Positions 1-12,799 are shown, counted from the stretch's first letter. The stretch: DNA of 64,000 nucleotides from Euglena gracilis (GCA_039621445.1 CP154954.1:2542001-2606000); one strand, 5' to 3'. The notes: generated by a model from the sequence alone, not told the origin. Numbers and translations: made by a program.

Positions 1-2627
1 GATGGAATGGAAATGGTCAACAAGGTGTAATAAAACCCCACTGTGATGGAATGCAAATGCTAAAGGGGGCAACAGTATTTGTGAAGTAAGGGGGATTTGA
101 AATGTAGACAGCACATGCAAAATGCAATTATTGTCAAGCCCACAAATGTGCCCACAAAAACGCCACGCACAGACGTTCAGGTGTTCAGCAAAATGAGGTG
201 TCTGGATTTGCTGACAAACATTGGCATGGCAGCTGTAAAAAAAAAAAAGAACCGAACTTTACCCAAAAGGTGGAGTTTGCAACCAAAAAAAAGCATCGTA
301 CTTAGAATCCAAATGAAAGGCAACAGCGAATGCTTTGGAACTGTTCATGAAAGAGAAAATGCCATTCAGGTCGAGCAAAGCATCTCAACTTGCAACATGG
401 GGGGAAGGCACGGTAGCTCCCTTGTGCTTTTGTAAAGTTTTTTTTAAAAAAAATTCCCCAAAATAATAAAATATCCGAATTATTTTAAGTTTTTTTTCCA
501 GTGACCTTTCCAATAGAACACAAGATCCATTGATATTGGATGATGTGTCTGATTCCTCCATCATTCCTCAACCAATGTTCAATGGAAGGGGTTGGGGGTA
601 GGGGGTGGTCCAGCCAGCCAGCAGCCAGCTCCCAGATCCCCCTCCCCCGGGGTCCACTGAAATAATTGGAACCCGGCGAAGCCTGGGCTGGACCGAAAAA
701 AAAAAGTGGTGCGAAGGGCCGATTTTTCGGGCAAAAAGGAGTCAAAATAGCCAAAAATGGCACTTTAGGGCCCTTCTTTCTTAATTTCAACTCAACTTTT
801 GGCTGAGACCCTGGCAGGAATTGGAACTCTTTTGCCTGTTTTCAGCACCAACTGCGTCCAGGCCAACAGCTGGGCTAACTTAACTGCCCTCCCCCCAGAT
901 GGGGTCCAGCAGGGCAGAACGGGAAGCTGGTGGGGGGGGGTCGACCCCCCCCCCCCACCCACCACAGCATTTTCACCGATTTCGGGAAAACGAAGATGTT
1001 GGCCGGAAAATTTTTTGAAACTTTTTTTTGAAAAATGAACCCAAAACGCATGATTTTTTGATGGAAAACCACATTTTTCACAAAAAAAATCTCAAAATTT
1101 ACAGGTTTAAAAATTGGTGGTTTTTAGGAGGGGGCATGAAAAAACGAAGGTCAAAAAAAAATGGACCAATTTTGGGCACAGTCAAATTTTTACTGACATT
1201 TTTTCTCTTTGGAATTTTTTGGATTTTCAATAGAATTTTTTTGCTTCAAAAACCTCTCAAAACCAAAATTTTGAGAAAATGTTGAATTTTTGGAAAGTGT
1301 GAAAAAATGGGGTTTTGAGGGGTTTTTGGGGGAACCTCCCATATGGAAGTAAAGAAACACCCGGCACCGAAGGCGTCGGAAAATTTTTTTCAAGTCCAAA
1401 AATTGGTGGTCCTGGAAATACGGGAAGAGGTTTGGGGGGGGTCGACCCCCCCCACCCACCCTGGCTGTTTGGCTGATTCCCGTTCAGCTAGCACATTTTT
1501 TTCCAGCCAGCCCATAGGACTAAATAGGGCTTCACTGAAGCCGAAATGAACCCCATCCCCTGGGGATGGGGGAGTCCAGCAAGCAGCCTTTTTCCAAGAC
1601 AAATGCATCACAACAAAGCAGATGTCTCGACCATACCCAAAAAAGACACCCACGTCGAAAGGTTAGATGAGCGCCTGACAGGGCTCCTCGGTGCCCTTTT
1701 CAGTTTGGTATATGACTTGAAGAGGGAGTAAGCATTTTTTTGAAAAATAAGACGGCGGTCCAAAAAAAATATAACAGGTAAAGAACGGCATTCAACAATT
1801 GTCTGAAAAGAGCTTGCAAAAAAATATATTTCTCAGAAGTACAGCTCCGGTGTTGGATTGTTGATTCAAAAGGTCCTGCCATCACATTGGACCACAGATT
1901 CACTTGGTGACCCCAGGGGTGAGGGCACTTTTGCCTGTGCCCAAACCCACCCAACCCACTGTTCTTGAAAACCCAGCCACCCACAACAGGGTGGTCAACC
2001 ACCCACCCACCCACCCACCCAAAAAATCCAGCCAAAATCGGCCAAAAATGCTGCAAAAATTATCCGGGCAAAAAAAAGGTTGCCCCATGGCGCACCCCCC
2101 CGGGGGGGGGGGGGGGGGGCAGAGGCCCCAACCCACCCACCCGGGGGGGGGGGGGGGGCACACAGGTGTTAAATGAATTTATGCCTTGGACATGGATTCA
2201 TCGCTGGAATGGAAGATAGCATTCAGTGTGGGGTTGGAAAGGATTGGCAGCGGGGGTGAAAACCCCACCCAATCTCAATCTGAGGTAGCCCTTCAGTCAG
2301 CCAAAATGGGTTCAAGGTGGGGAAGGTTACAATTCTGGCACATTTCTTCAAGGTGCCCCGTCCCTGGAGGTGCAAAAAAAATGCCTAAACAAGGTGGCAG
2401 AGAGATTGGGGGAGGAGCAAAGGTTAGTGAGCATTTTTCTGCAACTTGCTTGGCCGAGGGGCCACATTGATTTCATGCCTTCTGATGTCCTTGCATGGCA
2501 GAGTTCATCACAGCTGCGACACATCATTTTGAAATATTTGATGAAATCCAGCTGTTGCTTTTAACTGATGCGTGTTTCCTGGAGGAAGATTTTCTTTGCT
2601 CTTGAAATTATTGGCGGCCAAGAAATA

Positions 2628-2729
2628 CCACCACCACCACCACCACCACCACCACCACCACCACCACCGCCACCACCACCACCACCACCACCACCACCAC
2701 CACCACCACCACCACCACCACCACCACCA
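2628..2729. repeat. (CCA)n microsatellite
   Basis: Near-perfect CCA trinucleotide run; it explains the poly-P/poly-G/poly-V ORFs here. Confidence 0.95.
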
Positions 2730-2744
2730 CGTTTGGAAGCCGCG

Positions 2745-3325
2745 TTAGCGGCTTGGTTCGATCGGAGCCCCTCCTCCTGATGCTGACCGAATTGGACTCC
2801 ACCGACACGCTCCGACTGCTGGGTACCCCTGTCCCGGCCTCGTTCGACCACGACACCTGCGTTGTGCTGCCCCCCACTGCGGTGGCCTGGGCCCTCAGCC
2901 ACAAGGCCCGCAACCGGCTGCAGCACGCGCTCAACGGCAACCCACCCCCGACGCAACGCCCCGGCCTCCTCGACCGGCAGCAGCTGCAGAAGCTGCAGGA
3001 GGCGGGCAAGCTGCGTGCGGCTGGCTGGACGCTTCCCGCCGCTGTCGACAACAAGCTGCCGGTGCGGGTGTACGACACTCGCATCCCGAAGCCGAAGGAG
3101 TGGCTGCTGCAGCTGGCAGCCGACCTCCGACGCCTGGACGAGTCCGACCAGGCTTGGGTGGTGGGAGGCGATTTCGCCTCGGGAGCCGACCTGACCGATG
3201 CGGACGTCGCGGCGTGCCCCGACTCGAAGCGATGGTCGGACGAGCCCCGCCATCTGGTGATCCCGCCGCGACCTCACCTGCGGGAGCTGGTCTTGGCCCT
3301 GCGGCGGCGCGCCGAGGTGGAACAC
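2745..3325 (+). CDS. Possible coding fragment of unknown function (host exon or other element), abutting the break point of element D
   Basis: GC3-rich open frame (LLLMLTELDSTDTLRLLG...LRRRAEVEHL) with protein-like composition; no domain recognised. Confidence 0.35.
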
Positions 3326-5653
3326 CTGTCTGCATGCCGCTGTTGCAGAGGTGATTTTGCAGGCGCGCAAGAGGTCATTCACTTTGCAAGCAGATAAACA
3401 AAAACGAAGCAAGGTGAATTGCACATGCGATTGAGGTAGGTGCTGAAGTACTGTGCAAGAACGTCGGATGTCTGCAATGCGCTTATTCCAAACTTCGTCA
3501 CAGAAGCGGTCATCTTGGGGGTGGTGGACAGGGACCCCCAAAACTTTCAAACCAGAACCAGCAACAAAGGCGGTCAGTGGTATTTGATGTAAGGGGCTGT
3601 CGTGTGGCGTGCCAGGGGGAATGCAAGGGACGCCTTCTGTTGATGTGAACGCTGGTCCCCACAATCGACATTTTGCAGGGTTTACGGCCAACCCAAGCGT
3701 GGCTGCCTCGCGAATCAGGAAGGCAAGGGCATTGTGCAGTTGGGCTGGCGATCCCAGCAGATGGGCGTCATCCAAGTACCATCCCTGCCATTCGACCAAC
3801 GGTGAGAGGCCCTCACAAAGGTCTTGCACTCCCCAGGCGAAAGCTGCTGGTCCACATGGGTCGCCTTGCTGAGCCCCCCTCTGGGAAGGCAGACAATGGT
3901 TTCCACAATACAGCTTGCTGTGTTGGGCGTAGCACGAATCCAGCCAAGGGCACACTTCTGGGCATCGTCTACGGATGGATTGCAGGATTTTTTCCCGTGA
4001 CAAAGAGTTGAAGGCATTCCTGAAATCCACTTGAAGCAGCCCCCAGCGATTGTCTCTGTCTGAGTGCAAAGTGTCCACCATTTGTTGGATTCCCATTGCG
4101 ATCAGTGGACAAGCATTCGGCACACCAACGCCACATTGTGGAGGACTCAGTTCTTTCAAAGCGTTTACCACTGTGGGATGACGCATGAGGCATTTGCCAA
4201 CCAATCGGCGAAGGGTTTCCCCTGCTGCGATTGGGCGAGTGTCTTCATCACACACCGTGTTCTCCACAAGGTTTCCAAAAGCATCCTCTTCCATTGCTGT
4301 TTGTTTGTTCTGTTTTCGCAGAGGTGTCAACCTGGCTGAGGAAAGAATTGGGGCCATGCCGGGGTGAACACCATTTGTAATTGCCCGACAGATGAAGGTA
4401 TCAAGCCCTTCGAGGAGGTCATCTCCACAAGCCCCTGGGTAGTCTCCAACCATGGCCTTGAGGTGGTCAGGTCTCAGGCCAGAAGGACCCGGTGCGGATT
4501 CCTTTGGGAACCCGAATATGGCTTTGCGCAAATTTTGCAATCGTTCTTTTGTGCTTTCTGGGTCCGAAGGAAAGGTGATCGTTTGGGAAGGGTCGGACAC
4601 CGGGATGCGCGGTGGAGGCTCTTGTGGGTGAAGGTCACGCAGCCTTTGAATGACTTTTGGGTCATTGCTGTTCTGAACCCCCTCAGAGGTGAGCTCTCGG
4701 CAGGCTTTTGAAATAGCCCCGTGGCCAACAAGGCTTTCAATGCGGGAAAGGAACCGTTCTTCAGTGGCCTTGGCAGCGAGTGCTGTTTTTTGCCTTGTCT
4801 GTCTGCCTTGTGGCTGTTGTGGGAGACTGGAGTCCAACCAAGAATCAAACACGGGACGGGTGAGATACAGGCGAGCTCGTTCTGCCATTTTTCTCCCCAC
4901 CATCGCCCAGTTCGATCGCCCGCCACGCTGCAGAGGACAGAGCACGGCTTTGGGGAAGGCCCACAAGGCGTGCAGGGTTTCCCAGCCAGGTTCCCTGTTG
5001 AAATGCCTCAACAATTGCAAGTAGGTTTGATTGACATTCAGGAGGGCTCCACGCGGCAGGTATACAAGGGTGCCCCGATCATCAAAAGAAATTTCCTCAA
5101 AAGTGGGATGAAGGGATGGTGGGCATGGAGCAGAGAATGGCGTAACCCCGGCAATGTGATTTTGGCCAATGGGGGTTGGTGGGGGTCTGGCTGGGGCTGG
5201 TGACGATGCTGCTGCGGTTGTTGCCACAGAGGTTGGTGGGGGTCCCGCGAGGGCTAGTGACGATGTTGCTGCGGTTGTTGCCACTGAGGATGAAGAGCTG
5301 GCACCCAAAGGGAGATTGGAGAAGTTCAGGAAGGGCGTCGCCTGATTTGCTTGCATCCAAATGGCCCCAACATCTGACGGGGGGAAGGGTCCTGGTTCTT
5401 GTGTGCCAATTGGGTTCTCCATGATGACCGTGGAGCACATTGAGGGGAGGCCTTGTTGGCCAAAGAACAATGGACCCGGCAGATTTGGGAACCAAGATCC
5501 CCTTTCCAATGGTGGAACTGCGGGTGGTGGTGCGGATGGGGGGATGGAAATTTGTGATGCTGGCGCCATGTCAACGTCCTCACCCGACACCGATGGGTGC
5601 CCTGCGGACGGCGGTGCAGCAGGAGGGATTGAGGTTTGTGATGTTGGCGCCAT
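3325..5653 (-). pseudogene. Reverse transcriptase of element D, 3'-truncated
   Basis: Complete RT core within ORF 2561..5653; the ORF portion below ~3325 is read-through into unrelated DNA. Confidence 0.9.
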
Positions 5654-5690
5654 GTCAATATCCTCACCCGGGACAGATGGTGGGTTTGTA

Positions 5691-5746
5691 GGAGGCCTGT
5701 TGTTACAGTCAAAGACCCCGCAGGTAAGTAAAGACCGACCTCGGCC
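5691..5746 (-). other. Degenerate 2A-like peptide (GRGRSLLTCG-VFDCNNRPP) in frame upstream of the RT ORF of element D
   Basis: The N-terminal half matches GRGSLLTCG of the 2A preceding RT in A/B; the DVEENPGP core is lost. Confidence 0.6.
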
Positions 5747-6074
5747 TGCCCCTCCGATGCTGCTGCTAGGGTAGGCTGTGTGCTGTCTCTCGCAGAAATG
5801 TAAGGCACCAGCACTTTTAATTGTTTGGCCGACGTTGGGTGGTTTCTTCCAGTCACCGGAGACGGAACCTTGGGGTTGTCCGGTTTATTTTGCTGAGGTG
5901 GGAAGGTTGCAGGCCAGTAGAATCCGGCAGAACTGGCTGGCTGGGGGGCCATTGTTGCAGACCAAAAAGTGGATGTGCTGTCTGGCTGGGGGGCCACTGT
6001 TTTAGTCCAAAATGTGGAGGAACATGGTTTGAGAGTTTGTCGGGGGCTTTTCAGGCTGAGAGCAAAAATGGTGT

Positions 6075-6890
6075 CAGGGGGGGGCCTTTGCAGGCCCAGG
6101 GCCTTTGCAGGCCACTGGGACAAAATGCTGCAACAGGACAAAAAGGTGTCACAGGGGGGCCTTTGCAGGCCCATGGCCTTTGCAGGCCACTGGAGCAAAA
6201 TGGTGTTGGAGGGGGGCCTTTGCAGGCCCAGGGCCTTTGCAGGCCAGTGGGGCAAAATGGTGCAACAGACCGAAATGGTGTCACAGGGGGGCCTTTGCAG
6301 GCCCAGGGCCTTTGCAGGCCAATGGGGCAAAATGGTGCAACAGACCGAAATGGTGTCACAGGGGGGGTGTCAAATGGTGTTAATGAGGGGTTGGGGTGGC
6401 AAAATGTTTTTCAATGTCAAGTCAAAACTGCTGCAAAAAGTGTCACTGAGGGGTTGGGGTGGCAAAATGTTTTTCAATGTCAAGTCAAAACTGCTGCAAA
6501 ATGTGTCAGAGCTTTTGGTGTAACATGTGCTGTGAAAACTGGGGGTTTGCCACTTCAATTGATCAGAAGTTTGGGATGCAATGCAATGCAGAAAACCGAA
6601 AAGAAAACACTGGAGCTGAAAGTTCCACTTGGTTCCAAAGCTGAAAGTTCCAAATGGTTGGCAGATGGGGGACCTTTGCAGGCCCAAAGGGAGGGCCTTT
6701 GCAGGCCCAGATGGAGGGGCCTTTGCAGGCCCAAAGACAGGGGGGGGCCTTTGCAGGCCCAAAAACTGGGGGGGCCTTTTCAGGCCCAGTGGCTGAACGG
6801 GCCTTTTCAGGCCCTGTAGCAGGGGGGGCCTTTTCAGGCCCAGGGCCTTTTCAGGCCAGTGGCGGTGTTGAGGGGGCCTTTTCAGGCCCA
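6075..6890. repeat. Internal tandem repeats in the 5' region of element D (core GGGGCCTTTGCAGGCCC)
   Basis: Many copies of GGCCTTT(G/T)CAGGCC in ~60-70 bp and shorter units, plus a ~63-bp duplication at ~6385-6500. Confidence 0.9.
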
Positions 6891-7173
6891 ATACAGCCAA
6901 CAGCAGCATGGTGAAGTTCTGCAGCAGCAAGACCAATAAGGGCTGAGAAGCCCAAGGACTTGGGTTCTTGAATGTCTTTCTCTGAGCTTGTACCTTTGAC
7001 TTCTGGTATTGTACTTGTACTTGACTTCTGCCTGCACCAGCAGGACTTCAACTTCTGCCTGCACCAGCAGGACTTCTTCTGCCTGCACCAGCAGGACTTG
7101 TGATCGATGATAGTTGAACTCTTGGCTTGGTTTGTCCCCACCAGGGGCTTTCAATTGTCCGCCATGTATTATG

Positions 7174-7199
7174 CGAAAAAAAATGGACACTCAGAAAGA
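7174..7199 (-). other. Spliced-leader (SL) exon copy at the 5' end of element D (2 mismatches)
   Basis: Minus strand TCTTTCTGAGTGTCCATTTTTTTTCG vs Euglena SL ACTTTCTGAGTGTCTATTTTTTTTCG; followed by CATAATACATG, not by a GT SL intron. Confidence 0.85.
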
Positions 7200-7344
7200 A
7201 ATTTTTGACGAAACAAAAAGAAATTTCTGACGAATTAGGAATACCCAGATTCGCGTTCCGAACTTTTTGAAATTTTCGAAAATTCGAATTTTTCGAATTT
7301 TTCAATTGAAATGAAAAATTCCCAAAATTTCGAAATTTGCCGAA

Positions 7345-8212
7345 CCTTGCGCGGATGTATCACTCCTGAACGAAGCCCAAAGCCCTCACATTCAAAGGAA
7401 GTGTTGGAGTGTGAATGCTTTGCGAAACAACGACAAAAGGTATTATCCTCCAGCCTTCACGGTCAAGACGCCGTCCGGTTCGCAAGCCAACAGCGCGCCC
7501 ACGCAATGGCCTGGGCTTCTGTCACACCATCCTCTGGACTGAAAATATTGGTCGCGTCTGCTGAATTCAAAGGATTTCTAAAGTGGTCACTGGGAGCACC
7601 AGTTTGTCCACCAACTGCACCAAGCCAATGGACAACCTGGGTAATCACCTTGTATGCTGCAGCTCAAATGGCATCACGCGGCGACATGGTGCAATCCAGG
7701 ACTTTGTGTTCCAACTGGCACATGATGCTGGGTTTACAGCAAAAAAAGAACAAGGAGGTCCAGAGAGAACACGCCCGGGCGATGTCCTCATCAGCAGACT
7801 TGACGCCAATGGTCCTGGAGCAGTGGATATCACAGTGAGACACACAGCAGCACCGTACAGACCGTTGCGTGACACAGCTGAACTGACTGAATGGTATGAA
7901 CGCCAAGAGAAGGAAAAACATTCAAAATATGACGCCACCTGTGGGAGGATGGGATAGACCTGCATTCCGTTTGTTGTTGACTGCTATGGCGGCCTAGGCC
8001 AAGAAGCGCTAACCTTAATGTCAACACTGATGAAACTTCTCCTCGGCCAACAAGATGCATGGTCAAAACGCAAAACTGAAGCCGACACATGGCAACTTCT
8101 ATCAATAACTGTTGCGCGAGAGATCGCGCGACAAGTAATCTGGGGACGGTATGCAGGGAACGACACAGATCCAGAAGTAACCAACACCATACACCAGCCG
8201 TATTGTCTGTAA
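7345..8212 (+). pseudogene. C-terminal zinc-knuckle + restriction-like endonuclease of a CRE-like element (probably the 3' half of D, opposite orientation)
   Basis: CTKPMDNLGNHLVCC, RRHGAIQD, RPGDVL, VDITV, KHSKY, PFVVDCYGGLG; contains a frameshift and a stop. Confidence 0.88.
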
Positions 8213-8458
8213 AGAAGACCACTACGTCCCCTACACCCAGAACAAACAATTGTTCTTAGACCATCCACAACTTGTCAAAAAAGTAAACAACGGTACCCAA
8301 CCATCAGTGACTCACATTGGCAAGAGAAGTGGCCCGCCAGCTGGCTTGAGGAACAGTGGCGGAGCCATTTGGAGCGGTGGATCCCACCACCCATTGCCCA
8401 TATGAAACGGAGTGAGCAATTTGACCACAGGGCCGAAGACGCCATGACACACCAACCG

Positions 8459-8822
8459 TACGGGGGGGTGGATCTGGCATCGGGGGGGGGGGTTGTGGGC
8501 CGACCCTAGGGTCGGCCCACGGTCGCCAAAGGTCGCCAAAGGTCGCCATGGTCGCCAAAGGTCGTGGGTGGGTTGATGTCAAAAAATGCGCTCCACGGCA
8601 AATTAGCGCAACTTACACACAAAAGGAGTTGCACACACAAGGGATTTTTTTTTTCAGGGCCCTGGAACAGTTGCCTACGCCGCTACATGGCAAAAAAAGA
8701 CTGAGTAGGAAATACCCATAGCGACCTTTGGCGACCTTTGGCGACCGTGGGCCGACCCTATGGTCGGCCCACAACCAACTCCCCCCCCCACCCCCAGGCC
8801 AGATCCGGGAGCCAACCGTACG
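8459..8822. mobile_element. MITE-like element with ~90-bp inverted arms and GGTCGCCAAA subrepeats
   Basis: 8459-8545 is the imperfect reverse complement of 8721-8822. Confidence 0.7.
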
Positions 8823-9117
8823 CATAACCAACCACAAGACTAATTAAACCAAAAAACAAGCAAATCACACCTTGCAACGATTGGACCAAGTCTACAAAGA
8901 CGTCCAAACCCTTACCTCACCGAAAACAGAGCCTTCCCTGCGCCAACTCCCCAAAACCTAAACTGGTCGCTGTCACAACCTCAACACTCAACAGTCCCCA
9001 TGGCCGTTCCATTGAACCTTCCCTGCCGCTATACACTTTCCTCTCACACTCGCTAACCCCCCTCCGTACTGTGCCCTTCACCGCCCTTCTTCACCCGCGA
9101 CTCTCCCCCGTCCCACC

Positions 9118-10745
9118 TTGAGAACTTGCTGTGTGCATTACTCTCACCCGCACAGGACTTCGGCTCGGAGTGAACCTCCTAGGCCGCACCTTGGTTTCTG
9201 GTTCGAGTACCTTCCGCCTCCAGTCCACTCCGTCACTTCCGCCCCTACCCCTACCTCACCTACCCCCTTCCCCCTTCGCCCCTACCCCAACTTCCAAGGC
9301 CAGGGGGACGCCCCTGTGCCTCCCATGTGTCAAGAGGCGCCCCATCCCGCCCGCCGCCCAGGGCCCCCTGAGGGGGACGCCCCCATTCCGAGATGCGCCC
9401 AACCTGTGAGCAGCAAAGGCAATGACCTGGGGGTGATGCCGCCAAGGCTCCCGCCCCCAGCGAGCCTGGGCGAGTCTCCCTGCTCCTCCCCCCGGAGGGC
9501 AGCCCCATCCCTCCAACGCCCCCGCAGCACCAGCAGGCTGGCCCACACGTCAACGGCGTTTGCGCTGGGCTATGATCCGCGGGAGACGCCACCAAGGATC
9601 TCTCCCTCGGTGAGCCCGGGCGGGCCTGTCCCTCCCCTTGGTGCTGCCGCAGTCTCCACTGCCGGCCTATCCTCCACCCCTTTCCCAAGATGCGCCCAAC
9701 CTGTGAGGACGAGCTGCCAACCCGCCCCATCGGCTGCTCCCCTTTCCAGCCCCGTCCCAACGTTCCATCCTCACATCCACAGCTGCAGCTTCGTGTGTCA
9801 ATTGTCACCATTTTACGACCAAGGGTCTTGGACACGTGACCTTTGTGAGGATGGAGATGTCGAGCCAAATCCAGGCCCAACTTCACCTCCAGATCCCGGG
9901 GCAGCTTTCTTGGCAATGAATCAAACGGCTGCTGTCATCAACCTGGCTCCTCTCCCACCGTCCGCCGCCTCCTCCGCCTCTGCACCGGCAAGACCAAATC
10001 CTCAAGCACGCAAGCGGAGGGCCGAGCGTGGTCCAGATTCCTCTGATTCTGAAGAAGAGGGCCCAGGCGTTTTCCATTGCCCGTTTCCCCACTGTTGCAA
10101 GTCCTTCCGACATGGCTTTCAAGGCTGGAATACAAAGCGGCTCGCCACAAATCATGTGGCCATGGTTCACGTTGCTGCTGGTGAAATTCCATCATCCGTG
10201 TGGCTCCAAGAAGCGCAACGCTGGGTTTGTGGCCATTGCCTAAGAATGCTGCCGGAGCGGAAAAGGTGTGTGGGGGAGAACTGCTTTCGTGTCAGAGCAG
10301 ACTCCACCCCAAGCCGCTTGCCACCACCGAGCCATCCTCCTGCAGTCCAGGCGGCCTCATCATCATCACGTAACCCCGCACCACCATGTTCCTCCTTGGA
10401 CTTACCAACTGCAGCCATGGCTACGGCGGTTCACGATATCCTGTCCCTCACCAGGCCTCTGTTTCGGCACATCCCGCGTGCAGCCATACCCTTGTGGGGC
10501 ATGGCATGGGCCAAGGTGCAACAGCGTCTCTGCTCCGAGCGCTCATGGGAGGCATTGCGAGATTGGGCCCTCTTTCAAAAAATCACACTGTGGTGCCCAC
10601 GGGGTGGCAAAGCACACAAGGGACAAGCTGCCCAGCTCATCCGCTCACGAGTCGAGCGTTTCAATGCAGGTGACCTTGCAGCTCTGTGGGACGAATATCG
10701 CCAGGGCATCCCGCCGCCGGACCGCAAGAAAAGAAAGAGCACATC
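9118..10745 (+). mobile_element. Element E: 5' part of a CRE-like retrotransposon (Pro-rich leader, 2A, two Zn fingers, pre-RT region), truncated by a TIR element
   Basis: WTRDLCEDGDVEPNPGP; FHCPFPHC..NHVAMVH and CGHC..C..C fingers; HIPRAA..W, FQKITL..RGG and R..RF.AGD..ALW motifs parallel the pre-RT regions of A, B and D. Confidence 0.8.
9829..9879 (+). other. 2A/StopGo peptide WTRDLCEDGDVEPNPGP (element E)
   Basis: Canonical D(V/I)ExNPGP motif, in frame. Confidence 0.9.
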
Positions 10746-10989
10746 GGAGACAAGGCACAGGGGGGGGGAGGGGGGGTCCGAGGGGGGTGGTTGGAAGCTG
10801 TACAGGGGGGGGGGGGGGGGGGGGGGGGCCCCGGAAAATCACAACTGTACTGCCCACCCCCGAGACAGTTGCGACATTTTTCGTCCAATTGAGGTTGGCA
10901 ATGATGGATTTTGCGAAATTCAGATGCATTTTGCAAAATATTTGTGTCTTGTAAAAAGAATGGTAGCCAGTGTTTTCACTTTAAACACT

Positions 10990-11177
10990 TACCCCCCCCT
11001 TTATTTGACCCCCCCCTTAATTGAGCATTTGGGTCCGGGGAAATTTTTTTTTTCATGCGCCGAAGGCGCCGAAAATTTTTTTTGCCCGCTTTCTAAAGGA
11101 GTTTTTGACCCCCCCCTTATTTGAGCATTTGGGGGGTCCGTTGGCCCGTGGGTGTGCTCAAATAAAGGGGGGGGGTA
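10990..11177. mobile_element. TA-flanked MITE
   Basis: TACCCCCCCCTTTATTTG...AAATAAAGGGGGGGGGTA; the paralogous copy near 13791 has an empty site with a single TA. Confidence 0.85.
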
Positions 11178-11931
11178 GCAGAAAGGCAGGAAGCAGCTTC
11201 AATCACTCCCCCTTGGCACACCATGCGGAATTGAGCCAGGGTTGACGTTTTTTTTGTTTTTCAACAAAGAACAAAATATGTTTTTTTTCAAAAAAACACA
11301 GAAAAACATGTTTTCTTTTTTTAAAAAAGCAAAAATTGACCTTTTTCCTTGCAAAATGGCCATTTTTTGAGGAAAAAGTTTTAAGGTCATTTTTTTGGTC
11401 ATCAAAAGTGACGTTTTTTAGTTTTTCCAGACACTTCATCGCACCCTTTACGGACTACGAAGCTGCAGAGATGAAAAAAGACCTTTTTTCTTAAAAAAAA
11501 GTTTCAAAAAAATTCCCCCAAACCCTTCATGAGTTTTTTTTGTTTTTTTTTAAAAAATATATTTTTCTTAGGGGGTGCCACCCCCGTGACCCCTCCCCCC
11601 CCGTTACATCCCCGTGACGTGACCCGAGAATTGATCCTCCGCCATTCTTTTTTTCAAAAGCATTTTTTTTAAAAACAATGAACTTTCATGTATCCTTGTC
11701 TGCCCAATGCACCTTCATACCCAAAAATGGCCAAAAATCTTTTCCCCTGAAAGAAGTGCCAAAAACTGGTGCATTTCCCCACCCAAAACGGAATTTTGTC
11801 AAAAATGGCCCAAACTTCATCCCAAAAACGTGTTGGTCAAGAAAATCCTAACACAATTCCCTTTCAAAATGACCAATTTTATCACGATGCAACGTCATGA
11901 ATGTTGCCTCCCGGCTACCTGCAAAGTGGCA

Positions 11932-12025
11932 TACCACCCCCCCCCCCCCATATTATCCCCCCTCCCATATTGTCCCTCGGCCCGGCCGACGAGGGGTTTT
12001 TTTGGCTCGGTCAATGAAATTTCCT
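11932..12025 (+). mobile_element. Left half of a ~175-bp TA MITE split by the inversion (right half at 14273-14348, reversed)
   Basis: The halves match the intact copy at 32867-33044; empty TA site in the paralog at 13063. Confidence 0.8.
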
Positions 12026-12265
12026 CCGCCCGCCCTCCCGCCCGCGCCAAGCAGGCCGCCTCACCCCTACCGTCAGCCACCCCAGCCGTCAGCCACTCCA
12101 GCCGTCCCTCTGCGCCTTATATTGAAGATGGGCCTTGCCCGTTTTCCTCCTGCCCTGCCCTGTATATACTTTTAACCTCCTCTGGACCTTCAAACCCAGT
12201 AGGCTGTGCCACTGGTCGGTGGATTCGGTTCGCCCCACCACCGCATCCCCACGTCTGGTTGAGCC
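12026..12265 (+). mobile_element. Displaced (inverted) distal 3' UTR of element A plus target-site copy GTTGAGCC (12258-12265)
   Basis: Homologous to the 3' UTR of element B (20830-21070, minus strand), including a near-identical 55-nt block. Confidence 0.8.
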
Positions 12266-12697
12266 AAGGCGCATTTGTGCAAGAGTGGCAGAGGACAAGT
12301 GGGGAGGAGCAGCTTTCCGCACAGCACCTGCGCAAATGGCTGTCCAAGGGGAGGGAACTGTGGTGAAGGCAGGAAGTGACGACCATAAACGTATCAACTG
12401 GCAGCCGAGCTCTTTGCTCAGCTCAACAACTTGCGTCCTCGTCGCAAGTGAGAGGGCGTCAGCGGCGATCCTTAACCTTCTCATGCTTTGCAGGCCTCGG
12501 GAATTTTTTTAGGGGGGGAAAATTATCAGACGGTTTTCCATTTCCAGATTTTGGGCCAAAATCAGGGGGGGGGGGAATTATCGACCGGGGAAAATTATCA
12601 GACACTTACAGTAACCCCCCCCCCCCCAATTTTCGCCCCCCCCCCCCGGGGGGGGGGCGACTATTGGGGGGGGGCGACAAATAGGGGGGTCACGTTA

Positions 12698-12799
12698 CCC
12701 ATACGCATTCTCCACCAAAAAACTCCCAGAAATCCTGGAGATCCTGCACATGCCTCCGCCGACTGCCGACCTCTTTGCCTCCGCCTCCAACTCCCATGG
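12698..12799 (+). pseudogene. N-terminal fragment of an N6-adenine-type methyltransferase, inferred to belong to element C
   Basis: YAFSTKKLPEILEILHMPPPTADLFASASNSH aligns with FMLDTEWFQAVVRALSPHNPPTIDAFADQNN of element A; joins the 2A of C across the TA site of a TIR element. Confidence 0.6.

Larger units (their letters stand above)
3325..7199 (-). mobile_element. Element D: 5' part of a CRE/SLACS-like non-LTR retrotransposon (SL, tandem-repeat 5' region, decayed 2A, RT)
   Basis: SL-like 5' end at 7174-7199; RT motifs SAPGPSG, RPIAAGETLRRLVGK, VDFRNAFN, GAQQGDP, YLDD (3767-3778). Similarity to A/B stops after KVNDLLRA near 3330. Confidence 0.88.

Noticed and set aside
1-2560. Short ORFs in the first 2.5 kb
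   Set aside because: Homopolymer-rich MITE/intron-like DNA with no recognisable domains.
2561-5653. 1030-aa ORF as one intact protein
   Set aside because: Below ~3325 it reads through the antisense of an unrelated GC-rich segment and a (CCA)n repeat; the RLE domain is absent.
6075-6890. CRISPR-like repeat/spacer pattern
   Set aside because: Spacers are mutually related and variable in length, there are no cas genes, and the context is a eukaryotic retroelement.
10746-11124. C-terminal part of the 668-aa ORF
   Set aside because: Read-through into a TIR element and MITE; the same DNA is repeated at 13790-14030.
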